Below, piece after piece: positions 46,287-56,201 of a DNA stretch of 64,000 nucleotides. Each line of letters opens with the position of its first letter. Position 1 is the first letter of the stretch. Below the pieces are notes generated by a model, which had not been told where the DNA came from, did no database searches, and was given only the letters and a program-made list of their open reading frames with translations. The stretch covers positions 29,444 to 93,443 of the forward strand of contig JAISXH010000044.1 in assembly GCA_031270825.1 (NCBI GenBank), given 5' to 3'. The position numbers and the translations under genes were made by a program. Source of the DNA: Bifidobacteriaceae bacterium (GTDB taxonomy: Bacteria > Actinomycetota > Actinomycetes > Actinomycetales > WQXJ01).

Positions 46287-46305
46287 GTGGTCGCGAGCGG
46301 CGTCC

Positions 46306-46677
46306 TCAGGGCTTGGTCGGCTCCGTTCCGGCGGACTCGTCGCCGGGCTTGTCCTTGCGTCTGCGCTCGCGGCGGGCCTGCTCCTCGGCCAGTCGGCGCA
46401 GATAATCGAGGTTGTCGTCGGGCGCCATCGGACCGTTTCGGCGGGGCGAGCGCCGGGGCAACATGCCCGGAGGCGCGGCCGGCCGGCGTCTGGGTTTGGC
46501 GATCTTCGACGCCGCCAGCCAGGCCAGCGGGCCGAAATAGGGGATCAGGATGATCAACAGGATCCACATCACCTTGGGCATTGAGAAGCGCTCGACATCG
46601 TCGTCGCCGGCGCAGTCGGCAATGGCGTAGACCATCAGCAGCAACGGGAGACCATAAAACAGCAGGATCCTCGGCAC
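46306..46677 (-). CDS. Small membrane protein with a PLD-nuclease N-terminal (PLDc_N) type domain and a basic C-terminal tail.
   Basis: This is the C-terminal part of the otherwise spurious ORF 46306..47592. GTG 46677 gives VPRILLFYGLPLLLMVYAIADC..PKVMWILLIILIPYFGPLAWL..RRERRRKDKPGDE. The start is uncertain. Confidence 0.65.
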   Translation of the reverse strand: MPRILLFYGLPLLLMVYAIADCAGDDDVERFSMPKVMWILLIILIPYFGPLAWLAASKIAKPRRRPAAPPGMLPRRSPRRNGPMAPDDNLDYLRRLAEEQARRERRRKDKPGDESAGTEPTKP

Positions 46678-46724
46678 GAAGACCAAGCCTACCGATCGAT
46701 CCCGAACAACGGGGCCGGGCTTGG

Positions 46725-47609
46725 TCAAAAGACCCCTAAGTCGGCCAGAGCCAAGCCCATCAGGATGGCGTAGCCCAACTCCACCCGGCCGGTTTGGGTC
46801 AACAGTCGCACTAAGTCCTCGGCGCCCAGTTTGGTGCCGACCGCGCTGGCCAGGCGTGCCACCGGGATCGCCATCAACAGGACCACCAGCACGCGCGGGC
46901 GACCGATGGCGCAGAGCGCGCCCACCAGCAGCGCCAGCCACAGCTCCCAGGCGTACAGGGCGCCAGCCCGTCCCGGTCCCAGCTTGGCCGCCAACGTCAG
47001 CTTGCCGGCGGCGCGGTCGGAGCCGATGTCGCGCAGGTTGTTGGCCATCAGGATGGCCGATGCCAGCAGTCCCACTCCGACCGAAGCCAACCCCGCCCGC
47101 CAGGTGATGCCCAGATGCTGGGTGTAAGCGGTGCCGAGCACCGCCACCGGGCCGAAAAAGACGAACACGCCGACCTCCCCCAGGCCGGCATAGCCGTAGG
47201 GATGTTTGCCGCCGGTGTAGAACCAGGCCGCCGCGATCGCCGCCGCGCCCACGGCTAATAGCCACCACTGGCCGGTCAGCCAGGTCAAAATCCCGCCCGT
47301 GACGGCGGCCACGCCGAAGGCTCCGAAAGCGGCCGCCTTGACCGTTCCCGGTTTGGCGGCGCCGGATTCGACCAACCGCGCCGGGCCGAGCCGCCGGCGG
47401 TCCGAACCGCGCACGCCGTCGGAATAGTCGTTGGCGAAGTTGACGCCGATCTGCAACGCCACCGCCACCGCCAGCGCTAGGGCGGCGCGGTTCCACAGGG
47501 GCGGCGATTCGGGTCGCCAAACCGAGCCGATCCCGATCAGGACTGGAGAAATAGCTGCTGGAAGAGTCTTTGGCCGCAACCCTGCGAGCCATTGCGATGG
47601 GCTTGCCAC
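46725..47609 (-). CDS. menA: 1,4-dihydroxy-2-naphthoate polyprenyltransferase.
   Basis: ORF track (GTG). UbiA fold, NDYSDGVRGSD motif. It begins 4 nt after the menE stop. Confidence 0.9.
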   Translation of the reverse strand: MASPSQWLAGLRPKTLPAAISPVLIGIGSVWRPESPPLWNRAALALAVAVALQIGVNFANDYSDGVRGSDRRRLGPARLVESGAAKPGTVKAAAFGAFGVAAVTGGILTWLTGQWWLLAVGAAAIAAAWFYTGGKHPYGYAGLGEVGVFVFFGPVAVLGTAYTQHLGITWRAGLASVGVGLLASAILMANNLRDIGSDRAAGKLTLAAKLGPGRAGALYAWELWLALLVGALCAIGRPRVLVVLLMAIPVARLASAVGTKLGAEDLVRLLTQTGRVELGYAILMGLALADLGVF

Positions 47610-47613
47610 ACGG

Positions 47614-48798
47614 TCACCCTAGTCGTTCCAGGCGCCCCAAGGCCTCAAGCTGGGCCGCCAGAGCGGCGCCCCCGCGGCGATCAGGCTTGCCGACGCTCGC
47701 TGTCGGCAGTGCCGCGACCAGGGCTGCCCGCCGAGGCGCGTGGGCCGGGCCGAGTTCCCGTTTGACCGCCTGACGCAACTGTCGCAGGCTTGGCGGCCGG
47801 GCGGCGTCGGGCACCACCAAAGCCGTCACCTCCTCACCCCAGGCTGGTTCGGCCAGCCCCACCACCAGCGCGTCTTGAACGCCGGGCAGGCCGCGCAGGA
47901 CCTCTTCGACCCGTTCCGGACTGACGGTGTGGCCGCCGCTGGTGATGGCGTGGTCTGACCGCCCAAGCACCGCCAAACGTCCATCCGCCGTCCAAACGCC
48001 CAGGTCAGAGCTGGCAAACCAGCGCCGCCCGTGACGTTCGAAGAAGCCGGCCGCGCCGCCGGGATAAGCGGCGCCGGTGGGCGCCCCTGAGCTGCCGACG
48101 CCGCCCGGCGCGTCCGTTCGGCCTGGGACGTAGCCGAGCGCCAGCATCGGGCCGGCCAGCTCAATCCGCCCGTTGGCCGCCACCGCCACCTCGACGCCGT
48201 CAAGGGGCTCGCCGTCATAAACGCATCCCCCGCAGGTCTCGGCCGCGCCGTAGGTCTGCACAATCACCGCCCCGGCCGCCTCGGCCCGTCGCCTCAGACC
48301 TGGTTCCAGCGCCGCGCCGCCCACCAGCACGGCCGCGAAGCGCGTCAAGCCGCCGATGCCGTCTGGTTCCGCCCCAGCCAGCCGTCTCAGCTGGGTGGGC
48401 ACCAGCGATGTGTAGCAGGGGCCGGCGGGCAGGGCGGCCGCGGCCGCCGCAAACGATTCGGCGCTGAACGACCCTGGCCCCATGGCCGTCAGGCCCGCCC
48501 CGGCGAGCACCGCCCTGACGACCACGTTCACGCCGGCGATGTGGTCTGTCGGCAGGGTGAGAAGCCAGTGGCCGGCGCCGCCGAGGCGATGCGCGCTGGC
48601 CGCGGCCGAGGCGCGGACGGCCTGGGCGCCAAGGGCCACCAGCTTTGGCCGCCCGGTCGATCCGGAGGTGGGCGCCGCCAGAGCCGTGCCCGGGGGCAGC
48701 GCCGCCCGAGCGGCCGGGTCCGTCTGACGGCCGACAACCACGGCCGGGCCACCGTTCAGCGCTTGCTCGAGGGACCGGGTCAGCTCTTCCAACGGCAT
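47614..48798 (-). CDS. menE: o-succinylbenzoate--CoA ligase.
   Basis: ORF 47614..48879 (GTG); ATG 48798 (MPLEELTRSLEQAL) preferred. AMP-binding motif PTSGSTGRPK. Short MenE-type adenylating enzyme. Confidence 0.8.
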   Translation of the reverse strand: MPLEELTRSLEQALNGGPAVVVGRQTDPAARAALPPGTALAAPTSGSTGRPKLVALGAQAVRASAAASAHRLGGAGHWLLTLPTDHIAGVNVVVRAVLAGAGLTAMGPGSFSAESFAAAAAALPAGPCYTSLVPTQLRRLAGAEPDGIGGLTRFAAVLVGGAALEPGLRRRAEAAGAVIVQTYGAAETCGGCVYDGEPLDGVEVAVAANGRIELAGPMLALGYVPGRTDAPGGVGSSGAPTGAAYPGGAAGFFERHGRRWFASSDLGVWTADGRLAVLGRSDHAITSGGHTVSPERVEEVLRGLPGVQDALVVGLAEPAWGEEVTALVVPDAARPPSLRQLRQAVKRELGPAHAPRRAALVAALPTASVGKPDRRGGAALAAQLEALGRLERLG

Positions 48799-48958
48799 GG
48801 GCGTTAACCCTACGGGGGCCAACCGGACGCCAGGCCAACCGGACGCCAGGCCAAAGCTGGCCGCGAAACTCTGCCACACCGACAGGCTTGGCCGGCCAGC
48901 GCGGATGGCTGTGCTTACAGTGGAGGCGGATCAAAGCGATGGATTTGAGGAGAACTTA

Positions 48959-50032
48959 ATGCTTGCCATTCTTCCCCGTTCGTTGACGCGGCCGCGCGGC
49001 ATCGCGGTGTTCGCAGTCGCCGTTTTGGGCGCGGGCGCGCTTGTGGCGTGCGGCGGGGCATCCGCCGACCCTCCCGGCGGCGCCACCGAGACGGTCCTGG
49101 GTTCTTCTAAGGAGGCGCCACCTCAGGTGCCCGCATCTTGGCCGCTGACCGGCCTACCGGGCGACGTGGTCGAGCGTCCGGCGCTGGCGGTCAAGGTGGA
49201 GAACGTGCGGGCGGCTCGGCCGCAGTCGGGTCTGGAGCAGGCGGACGTGGTTTGGGAGGAAATGGTCGAGGGAGGGGAGTCGCGATTCATCGCGGTGTTC
49301 AACTCCCAGGCGCCGGACGTGATCGGCCCGGTGCGCTCGGCCCGGCCGATGGACGGTCCCATCTTGGGCGCAACGGGTGGATTGCTGGCCTGTTCGGGCG
49401 GCCAGCAGCGGTTTCTGCAGCAGGCCAGGAACGCCGGACTGCAGGTCCTGACCGAGGATTCGGGCGGCGCCGGGTTCTATCGCTCGACCGAGCGGTCCGC
49501 CCCCCACAACGTCTACCTCAATCCAGCCGACGCTTGGAGCCGGGCCGATGACGACCACCGCGGGCTGCCGGTCTCCGAGCTGGTCTTCGCCGATTCCGCC
49601 GGAGCCGCCAGCGCCGCCCGCGACGGCCGGCCCGCCGCGGCCCTGGCGGTGACCATCTCCGCCGCGGCGAAGCCGAGCTGGACCTGGGATGAGGGCGCCA
49701 AGAGCTTCTGGCGCTCTGAACGCGACGTTCCCTCCGAGTCAGCCGCCGGCGTTCGCCTGGCCGCCCAGAACGTGATCGCGCTGGCGGTGCGAATTGAAAT
49801 GGCCGGCGGCGCCGACGCCGCCGGGAGCCCGATCCCCGACACCCAGATTGTCGGTTCGGGCTCTGGCGTGGTCTTGGCCGGCGGCAAAGCGCTGGACATC
49901 GAGTGGTCCAAGGCTTCCGAACGCGATCCGTTGACCCTGAGAACGGCGGATGGCGCCGAGGTCAAGCTGGCGCCCGGCGTCACCTGGATCGAACTGGTGC
50001 CCGCCGCAGACGGCGATTGGGTGGTCAGCTGA
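48959..50032 (+). CDS. DUF3048-like lipoprotein.
   Basis: ORF 48797..50032, with the start at ATG 48959 (GAGGAG RBS). Lipobox-like GALVACGG. Motif RPQSGLEQADVVWEEMVEGGESRFIAVF. The family name is from memory. Confidence 0.75.
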   Translation: MLAILPRSLTRPRGIAVFAVAVLGAGALVACGGASADPPGGATETVLGSSKEAPPQVPASWPLTGLPGDVVERPALAVKVENVRAARPQSGLEQADVVWEEMVEGGESRFIAVFNSQAPDVIGPVRSARPMDGPILGATGGLLACSGGQQRFLQQARNAGLQVLTEDSGGAGFYRSTERSAPHNVYLNPADAWSRADDDHRGLPVSELVFADSAGAASAARDGRPAAALAVTISAAAKPSWTWDEGAKSFWRSERDVPSESAAGVRLAAQNVIALAVRIEMAGGADAAGSPIPDTQIVGSGSGVVLAGGKALDIEWSKASERDPLTLRTADGAEVKLAPGVTWIELVPAADGDWVVS

Positions 50033-50157
50033 GCTGAGGCGACAGCCCCTGGCGGGCGGGACGCGGGCTTGTCCGCGAGCCCGGTTACGGCGTCTTCAGC
50101 CTCCTGGCCTCTCCGTGCCCAACGATGGGCTTGTCCGTGAGCCCGCTGGCGGCATCG

Positions 50158-51153
50158 TCACAGGATCTGTTTGCGGAACTGATCCCAGCGCGGTGGGCGG
50201 CGCTCCAAGAAGGCGTCGCGGCCTTCGGCGCCTTCGGCGCTACCATATGCCAGGCGGGTCGCCTCTTGAGCGAACATTTGTTGGCCAGCCAAGCCATCGT
50301 CTTCTAGATTGAAGGCGAACTTGAGCACTCGGACGGCCTGGGGCGACTGTTCCGAAATCCGTTGCGCCCAGGCGATGCCGATGGCCTCAACCGAGTCGTG
50401 GTCGACCGCCAAGTTGATGGCGCCCCAGGCTTCGGCCTGCTCGGCGGTGTAGGTCTCGGCCAGGAAGAAGATCTGCCGCGCCCGTTTCTGACCCACCTGT
50501 CGGGCTAGCAACGCGGAGCCGTAGCCCGCGTCGAACGACCCGACGGTCGCGTCCGTTTGCTTGAAGAGGCCGTGTTGGCGGCAGGCGATGGTTAGATCGG
50601 CGACCACATGCAACGAGTGCCCGCCACCCGCCGCCCAGCCGTCGACCAGGGCTATCACCACTTTTGGCATAGTCCTGATGAGGTGTTGCGCCTCCAAGAC
50701 ATGCAGCCGTCCGGTGCCCGGCCCGGTTCGGCCGCCCGTCTGCGGGCCTTCTTCGTCCGGTCCCGCGCCCGAGGCCGCCCGCGGAACCCCGTCGGTGCGC
50801 CCGTATTCGTAGCCGCTGGCGCCGCGGAAGCGTTGGTCGCCGCCTGAACAGAAGGCGTAGCCGCCATCTTTGGGGCTGGGCCCGTTGCCGGCCAGCAGCA
50901 CGGTCACCACGTCGGGGGAATCGGCCGCGTGGCGCAGGGCCGCGATCAACTCGTCGACGGTGCGCGGACTGAAGGCGTTGCGGACCTCCGGGCGGTTGAA
51001 GGCGATCCTGACCCAGGGTTGGTCGACCTCGCTGCCGTCTTGGCGCTGGACCCCGCGGTGATAGGTGATATCGGCCTGGCCCTCGAAGCCGGGCACGTCT
51101 CGCCACAGCTCGGGATTGAACCCGTCGGATCTCAGGACCGGCAATTCAGTCAT
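50158..51153 (-). CDS. menB: 1,4-dihydroxy-2-naphthoyl-CoA synthase.
   Basis: ORF 50158..51495, with the start moved to ATG 51153 (MTELPVLRSDGF). Crotonase fold: FCSGGDQRFRG, DGWAAGGGHSLHVVADL. Confidence 0.95.
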   Translation of the reverse strand: MTELPVLRSDGFNPELWRDVPGFEGQADITYHRGVQRQDGSEVDQPWVRIAFNRPEVRNAFSPRTVDELIAALRHAADSPDVVTVLLAGNGPSPKDGGYAFCSGGDQRFRGASGYEYGRTDGVPRAASGAGPDEEGPQTGGRTGPGTGRLHVLEAQHLIRTMPKVVIALVDGWAAGGGHSLHVVADLTIACRQHGLFKQTDATVGSFDAGYGSALLARQVGQKRARQIFFLAETYTAEQAEAWGAINLAVDHDSVEAIGIAWAQRISEQSPQAVRVLKFAFNLEDDGLAGQQMFAQEATRLAYGSAEGAEGRDAFLERRPPRWDQFRKQIL

Positions 51154-51300
51154 GGCTACGAGCCTAACCCGAAAGCCGCCGTCCGCGCAGGTCAGAGCAT
51201 CGCATTCGACCTTGTCCGCGCCCACGCCCGCCCCTGTCCCGGCACTGGAACATCCCGGACCAGCCCCAGCCGTGTGGCCGTGACCCCTAAAGTTGAATGC

Positions 51301-52263
51301 GTGCCCACCGTCTTCGACATCGCGCTGACCACGCGCTTTCGCGGGGTCACCCGCCGCCGCGGGATGGTCTGGCGGGGCCGGACGGCCTGGGCGGAGTTCA
51401 GCCCCTTCGAGGACTATTCCCCTGAAGAATGCGTTCCTTGGTGGCGCGCGGCCCGCGAAGCGGCCGACCAGGGTTTCCCGCCGCCGCTGCGTCAAACGGT
51501 TCCGGTCAACGCCATCGTGCCGGCGGTTGGCCCCGAGCAGGCGGCGTCGCTGATCGCCGCCGCGGGTGGTTGCCGGGTGGCCAAAGTCAAAGTGGCGGAA
51601 CCGGGCCAGACGGCGGCCCAGGAAATCGACCGGGTGGCGGCGGTTCGCGATGCCCTGGGAGAAGGCGGCAAGATCAGAATCGACGCCAATGGCGCGTGGG
51701 ATCCGGACACCGCCGCCAGCCGAATCGCGCAGTTGGACAAGGCCGCCGGCGGCCTCGAATACGTTGAGCAGCCGTGCGCAACCGTGGCCGAGCTGGCCCG
51801 CGTCCGCCGCCGCGCGCAGGTGCCCATAGCCGCCGACGAATCGATTCGGCGCGCCGCCGATCCTTTCCTAGTCAAGCAACACCAAGCGGCTGACCTGGTG
51901 GTTTTGAAGGCACAGCCGTTGGGCGGAGTCCGCGCCTGCCTGGAACTGGCGGAGCGATTGGAGCTTCCGGTGGTGGTCTCCTCGGCCGTTGAAACCTCGG
52001 TCGGGCTGACCATGGGCGTGGCCCTGGCGGCCGCCCTGCCCCGCCTCGACTTCGCTTGCGGCCTGGGCACCGGGCAGTTGTTGAGCGCCGATCTGGTCTT
52101 GGACCGCCTATTGGCGTCCGATGCCGTTTTGCCAGTGCGCCCCGCCATCCCCGACCCAGCCCTGCTGGCCGCCCACAGCGCCGATCCGGCCGAGCGGCGC
52201 CGCTGGCTCGAGCGCCTGGACATGGTCAGGCGCCTGGCGGACGCGCAGGGGCCGCGGCGATGA
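51301..52263 (+). CDS. menC: o-succinylbenzoate synthase (enolase superfamily).
   Basis: ORF 50929..52263, with the start at GTG 51301 (GTG 51280 is an alternative). Motifs: FRGVTRR, KVKV, RIDANGAW, YVEQP, IAADES. Confidence 0.85.
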   Translation: MPTVFDIALTTRFRGVTRRRGMVWRGRTAWAEFSPFEDYSPEECVPWWRAAREAADQGFPPPLRQTVPVNAIVPAVGPEQAASLIAAAGGCRVAKVKVAEPGQTAAQEIDRVAAVRDALGEGGKIRIDANGAWDPDTAASRIAQLDKAAGGLEYVEQPCATVAELARVRRRAQVPIAADESIRRAADPFLVKQHQAADLVVLKAQPLGGVRACLELAERLELPVVVSSAVETSVGLTMGVALAAALPRLDFACGLGTGQLLSADLVLDRLLASDAVLPVRPAIPDPALLAAHSADPAERRRWLERLDMVRRLADAQGPRR

Positions 52264-52366
52264 GCGCCATGCCGATTTCAACCGAGTTGGGGCCAGCCCC
52301 CGATCTGGGCGAAGGTCGACCGGTCAAGGAACACGCGGTCGGGGTCCGGGGATCAGGGGCGCGGCG

Positions 52367-54187
52367 ATGAGCGCGGCCGTTGAATCGGCCCGGTCGTTGC
52401 TGGCCGGGGCTGTGGCCGGGGGACTGAGAAGGATTGTCTTCGCGCCCGGTTCGCGCAGCGCGCCGCTGGTCTACGCCGCGATCGAGGCCGCCGGCCGGGG
52501 CGAGGTCGAAGTGGTGGTCCGGACCGACGAACGGGTGGCCGGATTCACCGCCCTGGGCATGGCGGCCGCCAGCGGCGAGGCCGCCGCGGTGGTCACGACC
52601 TCTGGCACGGCGGTGGCGAATCTGCACCCGGCGGTGATGGAGGCGGCCGGGGCGCGGTGGCCGCTGCTGGCCATCACCGCCGATCGGCCGGCCGAGTCGC
52701 ACGGCGTGGGCGCCAACCAAACCGCCGATCAGCGCGGAGTTTTCGGCCCCGCCCCGGTCTGGGGCCGGACGCTGGCGGCGCAGGCCTCCCCGGACGAGAT
52801 CAAACGGGCTGGCCGCCAAGCGGTCGCCGCCGCCCTGGGCCGGCGTTCGGGGATCGGTGGTCCGGCCCACGTCAACATCCAGTTCCGCGAACCGCTCACT
52901 CCCGGCACTAACTGGAGCCCTCCGATCGAGCGGACGCCGCCTGGTCGGGTGGCGCTTGACCAAGAGCCGCCGCCGGCGGGGGACGCCGCCCAGGAACTGC
53001 TGCCAGTCGAATTGGAACAGGGTCCGCGCACCGTTGTGGTCGCCGGGTTCGGCGCCGGCCCGGCCGCTCGGCGCTTGGCGGAGGCGGCCGGTTGGCCCCT
53101 GCTGGCCGAACCGGCGTCGGGATCGTGGGGCGGCCCCAACGCCATCACGGCCGGGCGTTTGGTTGCGCGACTGCTGGCAGACGGCATCGAACGTCTGGTG
53201 GTTTACGGCCGTCCCGTTATCAGCCGGTCGATCACAGACCTGGTTCAGGACCCGCGCCTGGAGACGGTCATAGTGCACCCAGGCGGTGGTCCTTGGTTCG
53301 ATCTGGGCCGGCGGGCGGGTCGGATCGCCGCCCGGGTGACCACCCCTCGGCCACCCGGGCCTAAGGATCGGGCCTGGTTGGAGGATTGGCGCCGGGCTGG
53401 TCGAACCGTCTGGCAAGAACTGCGAGCCGTCCCCTGGCCGAACGGCCCGGCGGTCGCCGCCGTGGTGGCGCGAGCGGGTCGGGGACCGCTGGTGGTCGGC
53501 GCCTCGAGCGCCATCCGGGACCTTGATCTGACGCGGCCGCCTGAGCGAACACGTGCGCTGCTAGCCATGCGGGGGCTGGCCGGAATCGACGGAACGGTCA
53601 GTTTCGCCGGCGGTGTCGGGGCGGCGCTGGCCGGGGCGGCCCAACGCGCCGAATCTGGTCCGCCGGCGCTGGTCGCGCCGCTGGCCCGGGACGGACTCCT
53701 GGCAGAAGAAGTCAGCCCTGCGGCTGAAGGAGGGCCGGCCGGGACCGCCGTGACGGTCCTACTCGGGGACTTGACCTTGGCGCATGATTCGGGCGGCCTG
53801 GCCATCCCCGTCCATGAGCCCCGTCCGGACCTCAGGATTGTGGTCCTCGAGGACGCCGGCGGCGCCATCTTCGAGAACCTGGAAGTGGCCGCGCCCCACC
53901 TCGATCAGGCTTTTGAGCGCTTCTTCGCCGCGCCGGTGCGGTTGGACCTGGCCGAGTTGGCGGCCGCCCATGGGGCGGCCTTTACCCGCGCCCGCACTGC
54001 GAGCCAATTGGCCGCCGCCCTGAGCCAACCGGTCAGCGGTATTAGCCTGGTCGGCGTGCCGTTAGATCGGTCGCACCGGCGCGGTTTTGAGCGCCGGATC
54101 TTGGAGCTTTCGAGAAATGCCCTGGGACCTCCCAGGAAGTTGCCAGCAATCCGGGAGGATTCATCCAGGATGACGCGGTTTGATTGA
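52367..54187 (+). CDS. menD: 2-succinyl-5-enolpyruvyl-6-hydroxy-3-cyclohexene-1-carboxylate synthase.
   Basis: ORF 52121..54187, with the start at ATG 52367 (MSAAVESARSLL). ThDP enzyme: FAPGSRSAPL, LLAITADRP, GDLTLAHD. Confidence 0.9.
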   Translation: MSAAVESARSLLAGAVAGGLRRIVFAPGSRSAPLVYAAIEAAGRGEVEVVVRTDERVAGFTALGMAAASGEAAAVVTTSGTAVANLHPAVMEAAGARWPLLAITADRPAESHGVGANQTADQRGVFGPAPVWGRTLAAQASPDEIKRAGRQAVAAALGRRSGIGGPAHVNIQFREPLTPGTNWSPPIERTPPGRVALDQEPPPAGDAAQELLPVELEQGPRTVVVAGFGAGPAARRLAEAAGWPLLAEPASGSWGGPNAITAGRLVARLLADGIERLVVYGRPVISRSITDLVQDPRLETVIVHPGGGPWFDLGRRAGRIAARVTTPRPPGPKDRAWLEDWRRAGRTVWQELRAVPWPNGPAVAAVVARAGRGPLVVGASSAIRDLDLTRPPERTRALLAMRGLAGIDGTVSFAGGVGAALAGAAQRAESGPPALVAPLARDGLLAEEVSPAAEGGPAGTAVTVLLGDLTLAHDSGGLAIPVHEPRPDLRIVVLEDAGGAIFENLEVAAPHLDQAFERFFAAPVRLDLAELAAAHGAAFTRARTASQLAAALSQPVSGISLVGVPLDRSHRRGFERRILELSRNALGPPRKLPAIREDSSRMTRFD

Positions 54188-54212
54188 CGGTGACGTTGAA
54201 AGGATAGAGACA

Positions 54213-56165
54213 ATGAGCGATGAGCCCCGCCCAGTTCCAGGCGGCGACACCAACGATGATCCGCGATGGCCAGGCGCCGAGGCGCCGCGGTCTCCTGAGG
54301 CGGCTGGTTCCGTGCCGCCGGGCCCGGCCAACCCGGCCAACCCAGGCAACCCGGCCAACCCAGCCGATCAGCCCTGGCAGTCGCGCGGTCCAGCCCAACC
54401 CGACGCCTCTGCCGCGGGAGGATCAGCGGCCGGCGGTCTTTATGGCGCCTCGGCTGAGGAGCCCGCTCCGGGGCCTCCCGTCCCGGTGTTTCCGCCGGTG
54501 TTCCCACCGGTGAGGCCCAGCCGGCCACCAGCTCCAGCGGCCGCAGACCCGCCCTCGGCGCCGCAGTCGGGTCCGCAGTCGGCGCCCCCGCCCCAGCCAA
54601 CGCCTCAGCACGGGCAGTCGCCCGTCTATCTCTGGCAAAGTGGTCCCCAACAGTCTTCGCCGCTGAGTTCGCCGCCACCACAGCCGCCGCCCTCAACCCC
54701 ATATCAGCGGCCCGGCCAGCACACCGCGTCGTCTGACCGCGAGCCGGCGCCGGAGGAGCCCGGGTTCAGCGAGTCCCGCGCCTGGCAGGCCGCCGCCCAG
54801 CCCGGTCCGGGGCCGGTCTCGGCCTCGCCGAGACCGCCGCTGCCGTCCCGGGCGGCGTCGCCCTACCAGGCGCCGAGCTATTCGCTGGGCACCGGGCCGG
54901 TCCCAACGGTCGCCACGCCCCCCGAACCCCCTGTTTCTGTTGGCGGCCCACCCCGGCTGGACCAACCGGATGACGATGGCGACCGGTCGCGCAAGACCGT
55001 CACCCGTGCTGGCGCCTGGGCTATTTCCTTGGTGGTGGCCATCGTCGTGGCGGCGGCGGCCAGCGGCGCGACCTATGTGTTGGTCGACCGCGAGGCGGGC
55101 GGAACCGTCATCAACAATCCACCGGTCAACACCACCACCGGTTCGCCAGTCGAAGGGCTGACCTCGGGCAAGAACGTGCCGGAGATCCCGCCAGACGCCT
55201 ATGACGGCGAATCGCCGCAATGGAACGTGGTGGCCGCGCAGGTCCAGCCGACCGTGGTGGCGCTGCGAGTCTCGACCGGCGATTATTCTGAGGGCACGCT
55301 TGGTTCGGGCGTCATCATCAACTCTGAGAAGGGCTATGTGGTGACCAACAACCACGTCGTGGACGGGTCTGAGACCATCGATGTGGTGCTGTCGGATGGG
55401 CGTATTCTCTCCGCCCACGTCCTGGGGACCGATCCGACCACGGATCTCGCGGTTGTGGAGTTGGACAGCCCGCCAGCCGATCTGGTGGAGGCCGAGTTGG
55501 GGAACTCGGACGAGGTCGTGGTCGGCGAGCCGGTGATGGCTGTCGGCAACCCGCTCGGTTTGGACAACACCGTCACCACCGGAATCATCTCGGCGCTGAA
55601 TCGGCCGGTGCGGACCGGAACGACCAGCGCTGGCAGCGATGCCGATGTGGTGGTCACGAACGCCATCCAAGTCGACGCCGCCGTCAACCCGGGCAACTCC
55701 GGCGGCCCGCTGTTCGATTCGAAAGGCCGGGTGATCGGCATCAACAGCTCGATCGCCACCCTCGGCGGCGGCTATGGCGGCGAGACCAGCGGCAACATCG
55801 GCTTGGCTTTCGCCATACCGGTCAACCAGCTCAAGATCGTGGCCGGCCAGCTAATCGAGAACGGTGTGGCCGCCCATCCCTTCCTGGGCGTCACCAGCCA
55901 GGACGCGACCGCCGAGGTCGACGGCGTGCTCCGGGCGGGCGCCGAACTGGAATCAGTTGACCGCAACACCCCGGCGGCGCAGGCCGGCTTGGGCCGGGGG
56001 GACGTGATCGTGGCCGTCAACGGCAACCCGATCACCGGCGCGACTTCGCTGACCGCCTGGATTCGTTCGTTCCAGCCTGGCGACAAGGTGGTGTTGACGG
56101 TGGTTCAGGACGGCGCGGCGAAGGAGTTCGAGGTCACGCTGGCCACACGTCAAGAATCCGCCTAG
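54213..56165 (+). CDS. HtrA/DegP-like trypsin-fold serine protease with a PDZ domain and a ~260-aa Pro-rich N-terminal region plus TM anchor.
   Basis: ORF 54180..56165, with the start at ATG 54213 (AAGGA RBS). Catalytic triad contexts VVTNNHVV, TDLAVVEL, NPGNSGGPLF. PDZ segment TPAAQAGLGRGDVIVAVNG. Confidence 0.85.
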   Translation: MSDEPRPVPGGDTNDDPRWPGAEAPRSPEAAGSVPPGPANPANPGNPANPADQPWQSRGPAQPDASAAGGSAAGGLYGASAEEPAPGPPVPVFPPVFPPVRPSRPPAPAAADPPSAPQSGPQSAPPPQPTPQHGQSPVYLWQSGPQQSSPLSSPPPQPPPSTPYQRPGQHTASSDREPAPEEPGFSESRAWQAAAQPGPGPVSASPRPPLPSRAASPYQAPSYSLGTGPVPTVATPPEPPVSVGGPPRLDQPDDDGDRSRKTVTRAGAWAISLVVAIVVAAAASGATYVLVDREAGGTVINNPPVNTTTGSPVEGLTSGKNVPEIPPDAYDGESPQWNVVAAQVQPTVVALRVSTGDYSEGTLGSGVIINSEKGYVVTNNHVVDGSETIDVVLSDGRILSAHVLGTDPTTDLAVVELDSPPADLVEAELGNSDEVVVGEPVMAVGNPLGLDNTVTTGIISALNRPVRTGTTSAGSDADVVVTNAIQVDAAVNPGNSGGPLFDSKGRVIGINSSIATLGGGYGGETSGNIGLAFAIPVNQLKIVAGQLIENGVAAHPFLGVTSQDATAEVDGVLRAGAELESVDRNTPAAQAGLGRGDVIVAVNGNPITGATSLTAWIRSFQPGDKVVLTVVQDGAAKEFEVTLATRQESA

Positions 56166-56201
56166 CCCGCCCTCGACCTTGATTGACCGGTCTGGACGCT
56201 C

